The position numbers were made by a program, and so were the translations under genes. Below, one piece after another: positions 23,189 through 36,265 of a stretch of DNA of 64,000 bases. The first letter of the stretch is position 1. The number at the start of each line of letters is the position of its first letter. The notes under the pieces were generated by a model, which was not told where the DNA came from, made no database searches, and saw nothing but the letters and a program-made list of their open reading frames with translations. This DNA comes from Geosiphon pyriformis uo1 (Eukaryota > Fungi > Glomeromycota), in contig JAAOMT010000681.1 in NCBI GenBank assembly GCA_016748015.1, positions 71,605 through 135,604 of the forward strand, written 5' to 3'.

Positions 23189-24034
23189 TGTTACTCATAA
23201 AAAAAACAGATATAGAAAATAGTAAACCAATAAAGAAGTAGTAGTTAGCATATAAGCACATTGCTCAGCAATATGGAGTGATATTAAAAAATTAAGGCAC
23301 ATTGCTTAGCAATATGAGCATTGTTCAAAAAATCATAGCACACTGCTTGAGAATGTAAGCAATCTTATAGAACATAAATTAAGTATATATAACAATAGCA
23401 TTAGAAGCAGAAAAGACAGACCTCTTAGTTTAGATTTGATCTAAGCAATCTTTTACATTACAAAATATCAATAAATAATTATTCAATATTTCAAATTCAC
23501 TATCCACTATCAACACTTTTTGTTAATAGTAATTGATACTTAACCACATTGGAACAATAGCTCTTGATCACAGCTATTAATATAATATTAACATTTATTG
23601 TCTTGGCTTATTCTTTATTTTCTTTTATTTTCTTTTTTTTGTTTTGTTATTTCTCATTGTGTATTAAATTGGTTAAAAAATTAAAGCTCTGAGTTACTGA
23701 CATCAGAATATAGCACTGGTAAAAGACCCAGGAATAAGAGTAAACACTCAGATTTGAAAATAGCTTACCAAGAGATTGTTGGCCACTATGCCAAGAAAAA
23801 AATTGACAGAATTGTGATTCCGGGAAGTGACAGACAACAACTACTTAACCCACAGGTTGATATTAGAAACACCATTTAAAGAAAATCATATTGGAATTTC
23901 TGTTTATTATACAAAAGACTCAACAAAAACCTTCAGATATAGTTAATTTTTAGAAACCAACATTATTATATTAATTGAACACCAAGTTACAGGTTTTTTA
24001 TTTGCTTTAAGACCCCAAATAATCACCTGTAATA
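23189..24034 (+). repeat. 5' LTR of E4
   Basis: TGTTAC...TGTAATA termini; direct repeat of 42581-43400. Confidence 0.9.
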
Positions 24035-26026
24035 TTTGATGCTTCCTGTAAAGTATAATTCTACAGAGAACTGGCACTAACAACAATTATCCAAAAGTGG
24101 CAAAATCAGAAATAATAAAAACAAACCATCTAAAATTCACTAAATTTTTATTTTAGCAGTACAGCCAACAATTGGGCTTAACCAACAACCATTATCCAGC
24201 AGAATCAGCATTCAACTTTTATGTTAACAAAAGAATCACAGATTTTCTGAGAAGACCAATTGACATTAAGTCAGCAAAAAAAAATTTTTATACAGAATTA
24301 ATTTAATATACTAGCTTATCACAAAATTACAGTTTCGCACCAATCATCAGAAAAATCAATCAAAAAATTGAAAGATACACTCAACAACAATTCCCTATTA
24401 TCTATGCAAATAAAAGTAAAGGAAAGTTACAAACACCAGCAGCAACTCCAAAAAAAATACAATTACCAACATAGAAAAAACAAAGAATCAAATCTCCTCT
24501 ATATCCATCATACTATCACATATCTGGAAGTACTATTAATATCATATCAGCAGTCATGTTCACATCAAATGCAACATCAACATTTGGATGACTCCCATTT
24601 CAAAGTAAACAAAAGAAAGCAGAGTTATTGAGAACATATGGTGATTACTTTGAAAGATTCAAATCACAATCCTCAACACCATCAGGATTCCAATTACTGC
24701 CACTTCTACCAGATTTTAGAATTGCAAGTCTTTGGAAAATAATGGCATCACAAGAAAAAAAAGAAGAGTATTAAGAATTTAATTATCAAAATCTGATTGC
24801 AGAAAATCTGGAAGTGAAAACTCTAAATATTAAAACCCAGCAAACTCAAAAAAATCCAAATCTTAAGTTAATTAATTAGCAAAACTTACCTCCAGTAATT
24901 ATTATTAATCAACAACCAATTGATTCAATTGCTGAACAACTTCAACAGCCACCAATACTACCTCAGCAATTACTACTTCAACCATCACAACAACCAAACT
25001 TGGATTCAATAGCCTACACCCCAATAGCAAAACTTGAAAAATTCACCAGCAAAGAAGATGATGCCCAAGTGTGACTAAACAATATGGAGAAAGCCATTGT
25101 AGCCAACAGATAGAATAATACATGAGCCATGCAAATCATTCCATACTTCTTTCAGAATACTGCCAACTTATTGTATCAGAGCTTGGTCAACAAACCTTAG
25201 AATTTCAATACATTTAAACTTGAGTTTTTGAGATATTTTAGCAACAACAACAGTATTAATCACTTAGCCAATACCTTCACCACTATTAAGTAAGGAGAAA
25301 CTAAAGCAGTCACTACTTACTTAGAATGCTTCCATAATAACTTGTGCCAAATACAAGCAATTGATGCAAATTATTTTACAGCACCACAGATTTTGAACCA
25401 GTTCATCTGTGGACTGTGCAATAGTATTCTCCAATGCATACACCCAATGCATCCACAAACTTTTCAAGATACAGTTACCAATACATGAGATTTTGAATTT
25501 GCAGAACTTGAAGCTAATCACACTTAAGCCATCAATTTAGTGATGAATGAATCATCTGAATTAAATTTCAAATCAAAACAACTCAGTAATTCAATTAATC
25601 AGAAATTAAAAGGATACTTAGCTGACAATTGTGCAATTTATCAGCCACCTCAATGATACAATAATTCCGGAAACATAAATTACTCCCAAAATTAGTTGCA
25701 TCTCTTATCATTATCCAATCAGCTATGGCAGCAAGAAATGTGTATCTGTCATAATTGTGGTAAACAAGGCCATTTGAAAATTGACTGCTATTTTTATAAT
25801 AATAATTTATAATCAGAAAATCAATATAGAAATTCCAATCACAGGTTTCAAACTCTGAATCAATACTCAAATCAGGATCAATACTTATCTTATTACATTC
25901 AAATGATGTAACAACCAATTTATCAACCACCAGTATATTAAGTACCAATCTATTAGCTAACAACATTTGTTATTTATCAGCCACAGTTGCAAGTAATATA
26001 CTAGTCTCAACAAATTCAAACACTGC

Positions 26027-26943
26027 TGTTACAAGTGATTATTTGGGATTTTAAAGCAAATAATAAACCCATAACTTGGTGCTCAATTGATGATATTAGT
26101 AATGTCTGAAGATGTTTTGATCTAAAGGTTTTGATTAAAGTTTTTTGTATAATAGACAGAGATTCCTATGTTATTTTATTTGTAGCTTCTCAGAATTACA
26201 ATTCCATCAATTTTTTTTTCAGCATAATGGCTGGCAATTTTCTGATAAGCAATCCATAATTCTTATGCATTTTATTTACTTACAGAGATTTTTTACTAGG
26301 CAATTTTTGATGTTAATACTTAGCACTTAATTTTCAATCAATTAATATATACAACAAAATAAAGCAAAAATAAAGAGATAAAAAAAAATAAAGACAATAA
26401 GCCAAGACAATATAAGTTAGTATTCTATCAATAGCTGTGATCAAAGGCTATTGTTCCCACATGTTTTAAGTATCAATTACTATCAACATTTTAGAATTGA
26501 TAACAAACAATTGGATTTGAAATGCTGAATAAGTATATTTATTAATATTTTGGAATAATATGGTTTCTAACTAAGAAACAGTAACTAATGAATTTCTGTT
26601 TGGCGATTTGTCTTTTCTGCTTTTAATGATACTGCTATATATATGTATTTTCTAGTTTTACAAGGTTACTTTAGATCATCTGTTCTTGCTAATTATCACT
26701 TTATTTTCTTATATTATAACTAATTATCCTATATTATAATATGTTATCTAATATTATTACACATTATTCTGTGTTATTCTGCATTATAACATGTTATCCC
26801 ATATTATAACATATTATCCTATGTTATAACACATTATCCAACATTATTGTGTGCTATTCTGTGTCTTTTTACATTTTATCACGTTTTTTTTCAGATCACA
26901 TTTTTCCTTCTTTCTTTGATAGGCTTTCTTTTTTCAAGTAATA
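26027..26943 (-). repeat. 3' LTR of E5
   Basis: Direct repeat of 35348-36265; 10-bp periodic array at 26711-26860. Confidence 0.92.
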
Positions 26944-26959
26944 TTATTTCTTCCTTTTT

Positions 26960-27729
26960 TAATATTGAGTTTTTATAAAGTCAGTTATGTTTGTTAATAG
27001 AACTTTGTTTATGTAATGTTTGATGGTTATGTTGACTATGGCTTTTTGTAGATCTTTGAACTGTTGATTGGTCATTTGTTTTATGTTGTTGACTGTTATT
27101 TTTTTCAAAGATCCATCCAATAGTATGTTTGAACAATGTCAGAAAGTAACATATAATTGATATACTGCCTTGTAGTATAGTGTTAGGTTGCTCCTTCCTA
27201 CAAATTTTTCTACTTATCATATTGTTTCTTTGTTAAAAATTTTCTGGTTGTAGTTTCCATATGGGTTTTTTAAGTCTAATTGTTCTTTGATTTTGTAAAA
27301 TCAATATGTTAGAAGGAGTTTTTTTTTCCACTTCTAGACATTGTCTGGTGTCTACTCTTTTGTTTCAGGGAGTTTGGTCACATGAGCTAAAGATTCTTTA
27401 ATTTTTTCTAGTTTCAAGACCAAGTATGTTGTATATAATTGTTTTTGTCTTCTATCTAATTTTTTCACTCTTTCTTCTTCCTCTCCTCTTTTTTCTCCAC
27501 ATTTCACCTAAGAAGTATATTTAATTTCTTTTTGTAAAATTTCTTTCTTGGGCAGAATATAGAAATGAGAATAGTTAGTTCTAGTTGAACTCTTACCCAT
27601 CCTTTTCTTTCTCTTATCTCTATATCTTATCTCTTTTTTATCAATTATAATTTTTATTTGAGATGTAGATTTTTGAATTTTGTTAAATAATTGTTTAGAT
27701 AATTTTAAAATTTTGTTTGAAAAGTCCAT
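26960..27729 (-). pseudogene. E5 ORF3
   Basis: MDFSNKILKLSKQLFNKIQKSTSQIKIIIDKKEIRY...GRSNLTLYYKAVYQLYVTF*HCSNIL aligns by eye with E1 and E4 ORF3. Confidence 0.75.
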
Positions 27730-27809
27730 GTTTGAAATTTCTATCATTCTTTTTTTTGTGGTTTTGAGACTTATATGCACATAATATCTAGATTTTGGCA
27801 TGTATATAG

Positions 27810-29173
27810 CTATGTCTTAATGATTATAATTGGTTCCATATTTTATGATATATCTTCTGGTCTGATTAATAAAATTTGTGCTTTTAGTTGTGATTCCACT
27901 GATGTTGATCCTTGTGTTTGATAAATTTTTAAATGATTTCCATGTGCTGTTCTTTTCAGAATTCTGTTTTCTAATCATAACTTGTAAGATCTGTTTCCTA
28001 AAATTTTGTGTATGTAAAATGATCCATCCTATTTTGGATCAAACTTTCTATTCCATTGTTTTTCTGCTTTGGTATGATGTAACAATACTTTGTTTTCAAT
28101 TCTGAATTCGACTGGTTTATCTGATAGTTAGTTATTGTGCTTTTTTTTTTGTTTTTCTTGTGATTTTTTGAATGTTATTAACTGCTCTTTGCCATTTGTT
28201 TTTTAGTGTTTCCATTAAGTCATATGTTTTTCTTAGCAATGTTTTTTGAAAATTGTCTTCTGTTATTGGTTTTGTTGGATATGTATTAACTTCTATTTCA
28301 ACTGGTAATGTTGTTTTTTTACTGTATACTAATTTAAATAGTGTTGCTTGTGTAGTATCTTGTTTTATCATTCGATAAGCAAATAATACTAATGGTATGA
28401 ATAAATTCTATTTGTTCTGGTTTTCTTGGCTGATTTTGGCTATTGCTTTACACAATGTTTTATTAAATCTTTCAACTAATCTATTGTTTTGTAAATAATA
28501 TGATGATGATAATGGTCTCTTCATTCTAAATCTTTGATTCAGTTCTGTTAATATTCTATTTACAAAGTGAGTTTTTTGGTCGAATAATAATTCTTTTGGA
28601 CATTTGTGTTAACAAATCAGATCTTGATGAATGAATTTGGCAACAGATTCTGCATCTGCTCTTTGAATTGCTTTTGTTTCTCCATTTAGTAAGTTAATTT
28701 ATGGCTACTGTGGTGTATCTGTTTTTTTTGCTAGTTATTATTAATGATTTAACTAAGTCAATTCCAATACACTCAAATGGTTGTCTTACTTTAATTGGTC
28801 TTAATGGCTCATTGGGTCTTATTCCTCCTCTTCTCTGACAAGCATCACAATTTTGCATGTATTAGATAATGTTTGGATACATAGATGGCCAATAATATTT
28901 ATTTCTAGTTTTTTTCATGATTGCTTCTTTGTAAAAATGTCCTGCTGTTAGATTAGAGTACATGTTGAATAATATTGTTTTTTTTTTTGGTTCTGTAATT
29001 ACTCTGGTTGGTTGATCTAGATTTTTTTTGTTTTTCCAATAAAGTATATTTTGGTAAGTGATAAAATATTTGAATTGTTGTTTGATATGGTTTTGTTTCT
29101 TTTGAAATAATTTCTCCTTGAATCATTAAGTATTTATAAAATGTTGAAGTTGTTAATATTTTTGTGTATTCAT
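27810..29173 (-). pseudogene. E5 integrase, separate ORF
   Basis: ATG at 29173 (MNTQKY); HHCC and DDE motifs; ends EPIIIIKT*. Confidence 0.85.
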
Positions 29174-29203
29174 TTTTTGTTATATTTTTGGGTTGAAGTG
29201 TTC

Positions 29204-32200
29204 TTAAATTTGTCTTATTAGTGATAAACCATCAGCATTTCTATTTTTTTTTCTTTTTTTGTAGTGTATAATATATTTAAATGATAAAAGTTCTATTTTC
29301 TATTAAGTGTGACAATCATCTCCAAATTTTTGCTTCTGGATTGAAATCAATTCTTTATGATCAGTGTATATGTTGAACTTCTGGCTTAAGTATTCTTTTT
29401 ATTTCATAACTGCTTAATAGATTGCTAAATGTTCTAATGCTGGTGTTCTATTGTTTTTTTTAGCTGAACTCAAACTTCAACTGGCATATACTACTGGATG
29501 TTTTCTTCTATCCAGTCTTTTCTGTGATAGTACTGCTCCCAATGCTTGGCCTGATACATTAGTGGAGATGATGAATAGTTTGTTGTGATCTAAATACATC
29601 AACACTAGAGCTTAAAAAAGCTTTCTTCTTAATATATCAAAAGCTTTTTACTGGTTTTCTGTCTATGCATACTTGATGTTTTTTAATTAGAGCTGGTGTA
29701 ATGGCTGGGCCAGTTTAAAAAAGTCTTTGATAAAGCAGCAATAGTATTTAGCAAATTCCAAGAATGCTCTTAGTTCTGTCAAATTGGTTTGTACTAAAAA
29801 GTTTTTGACTATCTCAATCTTGTTTAGATCTGTTTTGATACCATTTTTGCTCACAACATGTTCCAAAAACTTGAGATCAGTTTTTCCAAAAAAACACTTG
29901 GTTGCATTTAATTTTAATCTGATTCTTTTTAGTCTTTTAAACATTTGTTCGAAATGATGTAAATAATTGTTGAATATCTTGAAGAACACATTTGTGTTAT
30001 CTAAGTAAACAACTACTAATTTCTATAGTAGTCTGATGTAAACAATTTTTATTAGTCATTGGAAGATGGCTGGTGCATTTATCAAACCAAATAGCATTAC
30101 TTCAAATTTGAAATTCCCTTTTTGTATTGTAAAAGCTGTTTTCTTTTTATCTTTCAGTTTCATGGCTACTTGCCAGTAATCATTGTTTAAGTCCAAAGTT
30201 GGGAACCATTTCTTTTCTTCAAAAGCATCAAACAGTTCTTGAATCTTTGGAGTTGGGTAGCTATCTCTTTTTGTTACTCCATTCAGTTTCTTGTAATCTA
30301 TACAAAAGTGGATTTTCCCATTTTTCTTACAAACTAATACGACTGATGATGACCATGGGCTTATTGATAGCTGAATAAGCCTGTTGTCAAACATCTGATT
30401 GATTTTTTGATAAATGATTTCATGGTTGGCTAGTGGTACTCTGTATGCTTGTTGTTTTATTGGCATCATATCTTCAGTCTTGATCTAATGCTAGATGATG
30501 TCAGTATAGCCAAATTCATTTTTGCTGGCAAAAATATTATTAAAGTTGTTGAGTAACATCTTGAGCTACATATGTTGAAGTGAGTTTAAGTTTCTCATGT
30601 TCATTTGTTCTAATTGTTTTGGTTAAAACAGATAATATTCATTTCGTCTATAAATTGTTTATGATGTGATATTCACATATCTGCAAAGCTGTAGAAAATT
30701 TAAAATAGAATTTGGTGGCTGTTTTTTAACTTCAGTGCTTAAATATCTGATGGTGGTTCCTTTTGGTATTTTTATGATGTTTCCTGTTGCATTGTAGATA
30801 AAAATTTTGATATGATTCTTGTTTTTGGCTGGTATGTAGAGATTGGTAAGTCCAATTTCTCCTGATTTGCAAATGGTTCAAAAATTTGTGCCTGATTCTT
30901 CACTTTTCTTTCTATAGTTAACATGTACTAGTTATATGGCAGAATGAAAATTGATTGACAGGTGGATATAATTTTTCCCTTGTTAATAACTTTTTCTTCT
31001 ACCATATTGACTGATACATTTATTTTACCTGTTGATCCAAATCTCTGTATCTCTCTAGCTGTAATTTTTAATTCTTTCCTGTTTTTTACTGATATTAATT
31101 AAGCTACTTTAACCAGAAACAGGAATATTGCCTGTGCTATTTTTTCATTTAGCTCTATGATATAGATCTTTTCTGAGTCATTTTGTAATATAACAATGAT
31201 ATTTTTTACATATCTGGTATCAATTATTTCTTTTCTGATGCTGATTCTTTTTTTTGCTAAGCTACTTCTAGATGTTAATTGAATCATTGTTGTTGCAGGG
31301 ATTTCCAGTACTACTTTAAGATTAATACAGATGTGTGAATGTGGTTCTAATTTTATGGCATCTTTTTCTGGATATCTTAGATCAAACTCTGCATTGGTAT
31401 CATGTATGCATTCTGGCATAATACTTTCATTGTTGTTACTGAACCATCTAAGTTCCTGCTTTTTGGAGAGATTAGGAAGCATGATATACTGTTTGGAGTC
31501 TAAATTTGAGTTTAAATTGTTGTTGTTATTGCTGTTGTCATTTTGAACAGAGTTGGAACTATTGTTGTCATTGTCGTCAAGATTTGAATTGGGATTGAAA
31601 GTTGAATTCAATTTTGATGCACAGCTGCTGATTGGTTGTTCCTCTTCTGGAATTGTGTAGATTCTGCGTGATGGTAGATTGTAGATAAGATCATACTTAT
31701 TACAATACTGAAAGTCATATAGGATTAAACAATGGTTACATAATTGAGTTTTTATTTCTTCCAAGTGCTGTTCTTGTTTTTTTTGAGTGGGTGCTAAATT
31801 TTAATAGTGTTCATAAAATTTTTCTGGGCCTGTCTCAATATCTAAAAAGGCATCAGAATTGGGAATAAGAACAACTTCAACTGATTCAGAGGGATTGTTC
31901 TTTATTTCTAAAATCTTACTGGACAAAGCACCTTCTATCTTGGTATTGGTTATTCTCCAAATCTCACTTTTGTTGTGTGGGTAATTGTTTAGATAAGAGA
32001 TTGCTCAATACCAGGCTGCAGTTATTGGAATTTCTCAACTTATCCAGTTGTTAATAAGAATTGTGTATTGACATGATGTGTTGCAGATTTTTTTTGACCA
32101 GGAATGTTGTTCCACATCTTTTTGTTGAGCAGTTGTTCACCACAAGTGAAACATGATTCATTGTTCTCTTGCCTTGGCGTTTTGGGTAGCCATAGCGTTC

Positions 32201-35200
32201 ATGGTGGCATAATTTGCAATAGTAATGGGTTTGTGTCCAGTAGTCTTTGTTGGACACAATTCAAGCTCTTATGAAGAACAATTTTTTCTGGCAGTCTTTG
32301 TATTTGAGTGGAATATAGGATGGTTCTAGTCTGGTATTAGTTAAATAGAAACTTCTCCAGCCACTGGTAATTTTGTTGATAGTATTATTTTGTAACTTGT
32401 CTTTTTCTATTTCTTTTTCTTTGTTGTCTCAAGACAGTATTGGTGATAATTTATTGTGGTTGGTGTTAGCCCATGAAATTTGGTAGGCTTTCCAGATAGG
32501 TTTTTTTTCTTCCTCTTTCAATTTGATGTGTAGTGTTGGGTTAGTGTTTATTTTGAAATAACCACATGTGGCTGATACACATGTGTGTTGACCATTTTGG
32601 CTGAGTTGGAGCTTTTGTGTGGTCCAATCAAGCACAGTATTGGTTTTGAACAACCAGTCATTACTAATTAGTGCTTGGTATTAAGTTGTTTTCATTACAA
32701 GGAATTTGATGAGTGCAATTATGTTGTTGACTTCAAAAGGGAAGTCATTGATTTTGCCAATAGGAGTTTTTGTCACTCCAACAGTTGTAATAATTCTGGT
32801 GCTGGCAGCTCAATCAACTCAGTGACCTAATTGGTCTATGAGTTGTTGTGTAATGATGCTGCCTGCTGAACTGCTGTCTAAAATCAGTTTGATGGATTGA
32901 CCATTGACTTTAGTGTATATTGCAGTAATGAGTTTGGTGTCAAGAGTGGCTCTGCTAAACAATAGAACTGGTGTAGTTTTCTTAAGTTCAAAATGAAAAA
33001 TTGCTGTTAGGGATTCATTATTGGTGATAATGGCTGAAAGTATATTGTTATTGATCGTTTGCTTTGGGGAGGTTTCAAGGTTGTTATTGGTCAAGACATT
33101 TTCTGGGGTAATTAGGAGACTCAGATAGTTCTGAAAACTCAGATTTTGGTTGTACTCATTTTCCGAATTTCTGGAACATAATCTTAAGACATAATTGGAT
33201 GAATTGGGAATCAATTGATGTACAACTATTGCTGATCTTCAGTTTTACTGGACAATTTTTGGTCTTTGGTTTCCAGATAACATCTGAATTAGATTGTGTG
33301 GTGAAATTTGAATTTGTTGTGGCTGATATATCACTTGTGGCTGTAGTTGGTAGATAACTGGTGCTGGAGTTTGGTAGATTGGTTGCTGTATTACTTGAGT
33401 ATAGTGTGGTTTATTGTGATCTTGATTTAAATAGTGGTTTGGAGTTTGAAATTTGCAATCAAGGTTTTAATATTGATTCTCTAATTGTGAATTATTGCTA
33501 TAAACTCAGCAGCTAGCTCTGATGTGATCTTGTTTACCACAATTGTAGCAACTATGTATCTCTTGCTGCCATGGCTAATTGGATGATAATAATGAAGGAT
33601 GCAACTGATTTCGGAAATGATTTACATTTCCTAAATTATTGCATTATTATGGAGGCTAATAAATTGCTTGATTGTCAGCTAAGTATTCTTCTAGTTTCTG
33701 ATTAATTGAATTACTGAATTGTTTCAATTTGGAATTCAATTCAGATAATCTGTTTATCACTAGATTTATGGCTTGGGCATGGTTGGCTTCAAATTCAGCT
33801 GTTTCAAAATCTCTGGTGTTTGTAATGGCAACTTGAAGATCTGCTGAATGCAAGAAACATATACATTAGAAGATACTGCTACACAGGCCTCTAATGAATT
33901 GGTTTAGGATTTGTGGTACTGTGAAATAATCAATTTGTATTGCCTGAATTTGGCACAGATTTTTGTAGAAGCATTCCAAGTATGTAGTAACTGCTTCAGT
34001 TTCTCTTTGTTTAATGATAGTAAAGATATTGGCTAAGCAGTTAATGCTATTATTATTGCTAAAATATTGTAGAAATGCAAGCTTAAATGCATTAAAATCC
34101 TGGGGTTTGTTACCCAGACTTTGATACCACAAGTTGGCAGTATTCTAAAGGAAATATGGAATGACCTACATGGCTCTGGTGTCATTCCATCTATTGGTTG
34201 TAATGGCCTTTTCAATATTGTTTAGCTATACCTGAATGTCATCTTCTTCATCCATGAACTTTTCGAGTTTTGCTATTGGGGCATAGGTCATTAGATCCAA
34301 GTTTGGTTGCTGTTGTTGTTGTTGTTGTGGTGGTAACTAAATTTGAGATTGTGACAGTGACTGTTGTTGTGTGGCAACTAGTGATGAGTTGATAACAATT
34401 ACTAAAGATAAGTTTTGTTGATTATTAATGTTGGGATTTGGATTGTTCTGATTTTGTGGAGTTTGAAGATTCAAAACTTTAATTTCTGGATTTTCTAAAA
34501 TCAGGTTTTGCTGAGTTTGAACATTTGTGGTTTTGATTTTTGGGTTTTTAATAATTGGGTTTTGGTAATTGAATTTTTGATTGTTATTTTTTTCTTTCTT
34601 TAATTCTGTTACTTCTCAAAGATTCATGATTCTGAAATCTGGTGAAGGTGACAGTGATTGTAATCCTGATAGCATTGATAATTGTGACTTAAATTCTTTG
34701 AAATATTCACTGTAGGTTTCTAATAGATCAGTTTTTAATTGTTTACTTTGAAAGAGTATTTGTGCCAATAAGGTTTTTGCATTTGATGTAGACATACCTG
34801 TTAATGAGATGTTGATGGCACTTTTGGATGTATAGTAGTATGATAAATTTGTTGGTGATTTAAGTCTTGTTTTCTTCTAAGTAGATGGTCGTATTTTTTA
34901 GGGTGTTACTGTTGGTGTTTGTGGTTTTCTTTTGCCTTTGTTTGTGTAGGTAATTAGATATTTTTGTTAAGTGTAGATTTTAATTTCTTTATTAATTTTA
35001 GTGAAGATTGCTGTAAAATTATAATTTGCTAGTAGGCTAGTATTTTGGATTAATTTGTTATAGAAATTTTTTCTTTGGATTAATTTGTTGTAGAAATTTC
35101 TTCTGGCTGAATTGGTTTTTACTGGTACTTCTAACAAATATGAAATTCTCTTATTGACATAGAAATTAAAAACTGATTCTGCTAATAGGTGATTGTTGAT

Positions 35201-35284
35201 TAATCTCAAGTGTTAACAGTAGTATTGAAATAAAAATTTGCCAAATCTTAAATGGTTTGTTTCTATTCTTTGTGGTTCTGCCAC
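29204..35284 (-). pseudogene. E5 ORF1 gag-PR-Cys-rich-dUTPase-RT-RH
   Basis: ORF-track fragments 33866-34132 (gag), 32819-33214 (ILDSSSAGS), 31099-31764 (dUTPase), 30056-30469 and 29687-29989 (RT). Confidence 0.88.
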
Positions 35285-35347
35285 TTTTGGATGGTTGTGT
35301 ATTAGTACTGGTTCTCTGTAAAATTATATTTCACAAAGAGCACTAAA

Positions 35348-36265
35348 TATTACAAGTAATTATTTGGGGTCTCAAAGCAAATAACAAACCCATAACTTGG
35401 TGCTTAATTGATAATGTTAGTAATGTCTGAAGGTGTTTCAATTTGAAGGTTTTGATTGGAGTTCTTTGTATAATAGACAAAGATTCCCATGTTATTTTAT
35501 CCATAGCTTTCCAGAATTGCAATTCCATCAATTTTTTTCTTAGCATGGTGGCCAGTAATTCTCTGGTAAGCAATCCGTAATTCTTATATGTTCTACCCAC
35601 TTGCAGAGTTTTTTTACCAGACAATTCTTAACATTAATACTTAGCACTTAATCTTTAATCAATTAGTATACACAACAAAATAAAACAAAAATAAAGAGAT
35701 AAAAAAAAACAAAAACAATAAGTTAAGACAATGTAAGTTAGTATTCCATCAATAGCTGTGATCAAGGGCTATTGTTTCTGCATGCTTTAAATATTAATTA
35801 TTATCAACATTTTAGAGTTGATAGCAAACAATTGAATTTGAAATGCTGAATAAGTATATTTATTGATATTTTGGAATAATATGATTTCTAATTGGAGAAT
35901 GATAACTAATGAATTTCTGTCTGGAGATTCTGTCTTTTTTGCTTCTAATGCTACTGCTATATATATGTATTTTCTAGTTTTACAGGATTGCTTTAAATCA
36001 TCTGTTCTTGCTAGCTATTGCTTTATTTTTTTATATTATAATTAATTTTTCTATGTTATAACACATTATTTAATATTATTACACATTATTCTGTGTTATC
36101 CTGCATTATAACACATTATTCTACATTATAACACATTATTCTATGTTATAATACATTATCCAATATTATTGTGTGCTATTTTGTATCCCTTTATGTTTTG
36201 TCACATTTTTCTTCAGATCATGTTTTTTCTTCTTTTTTTGATAAGCTTTTTTTCTTCAAGTAACA
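35348..36265 (-). repeat. 5' LTR of E5
   Basis: Direct repeat of 26027-26943, adjacent to the PBS. Confidence 0.92.

Larger units (their letters stand above)
26027..36265 (-). mobile_element. Ty3/Gypsy element E5 (dUTPase family) inserted antisense in the E4 gag
   Basis: LTRs 26027-26943 and 35348-36265; PBS at 35345; PPT at 26944-26960; flanks CTGC/CCAC. Confidence 0.93.

Noticed and set aside
35045-35104. 30-bp tandem duplication in E5 gag (RxNFYNKLIQ twice)
   Set aside because: It is absent from E4 and is probably copy-specific slippage.
35343-35624. LTR-initiated ORF reading through the PBS into gag
   Set aside because: It is in frame with gag in E4 but not in E5 or E1, so it is unsupported without a consensus sequence.
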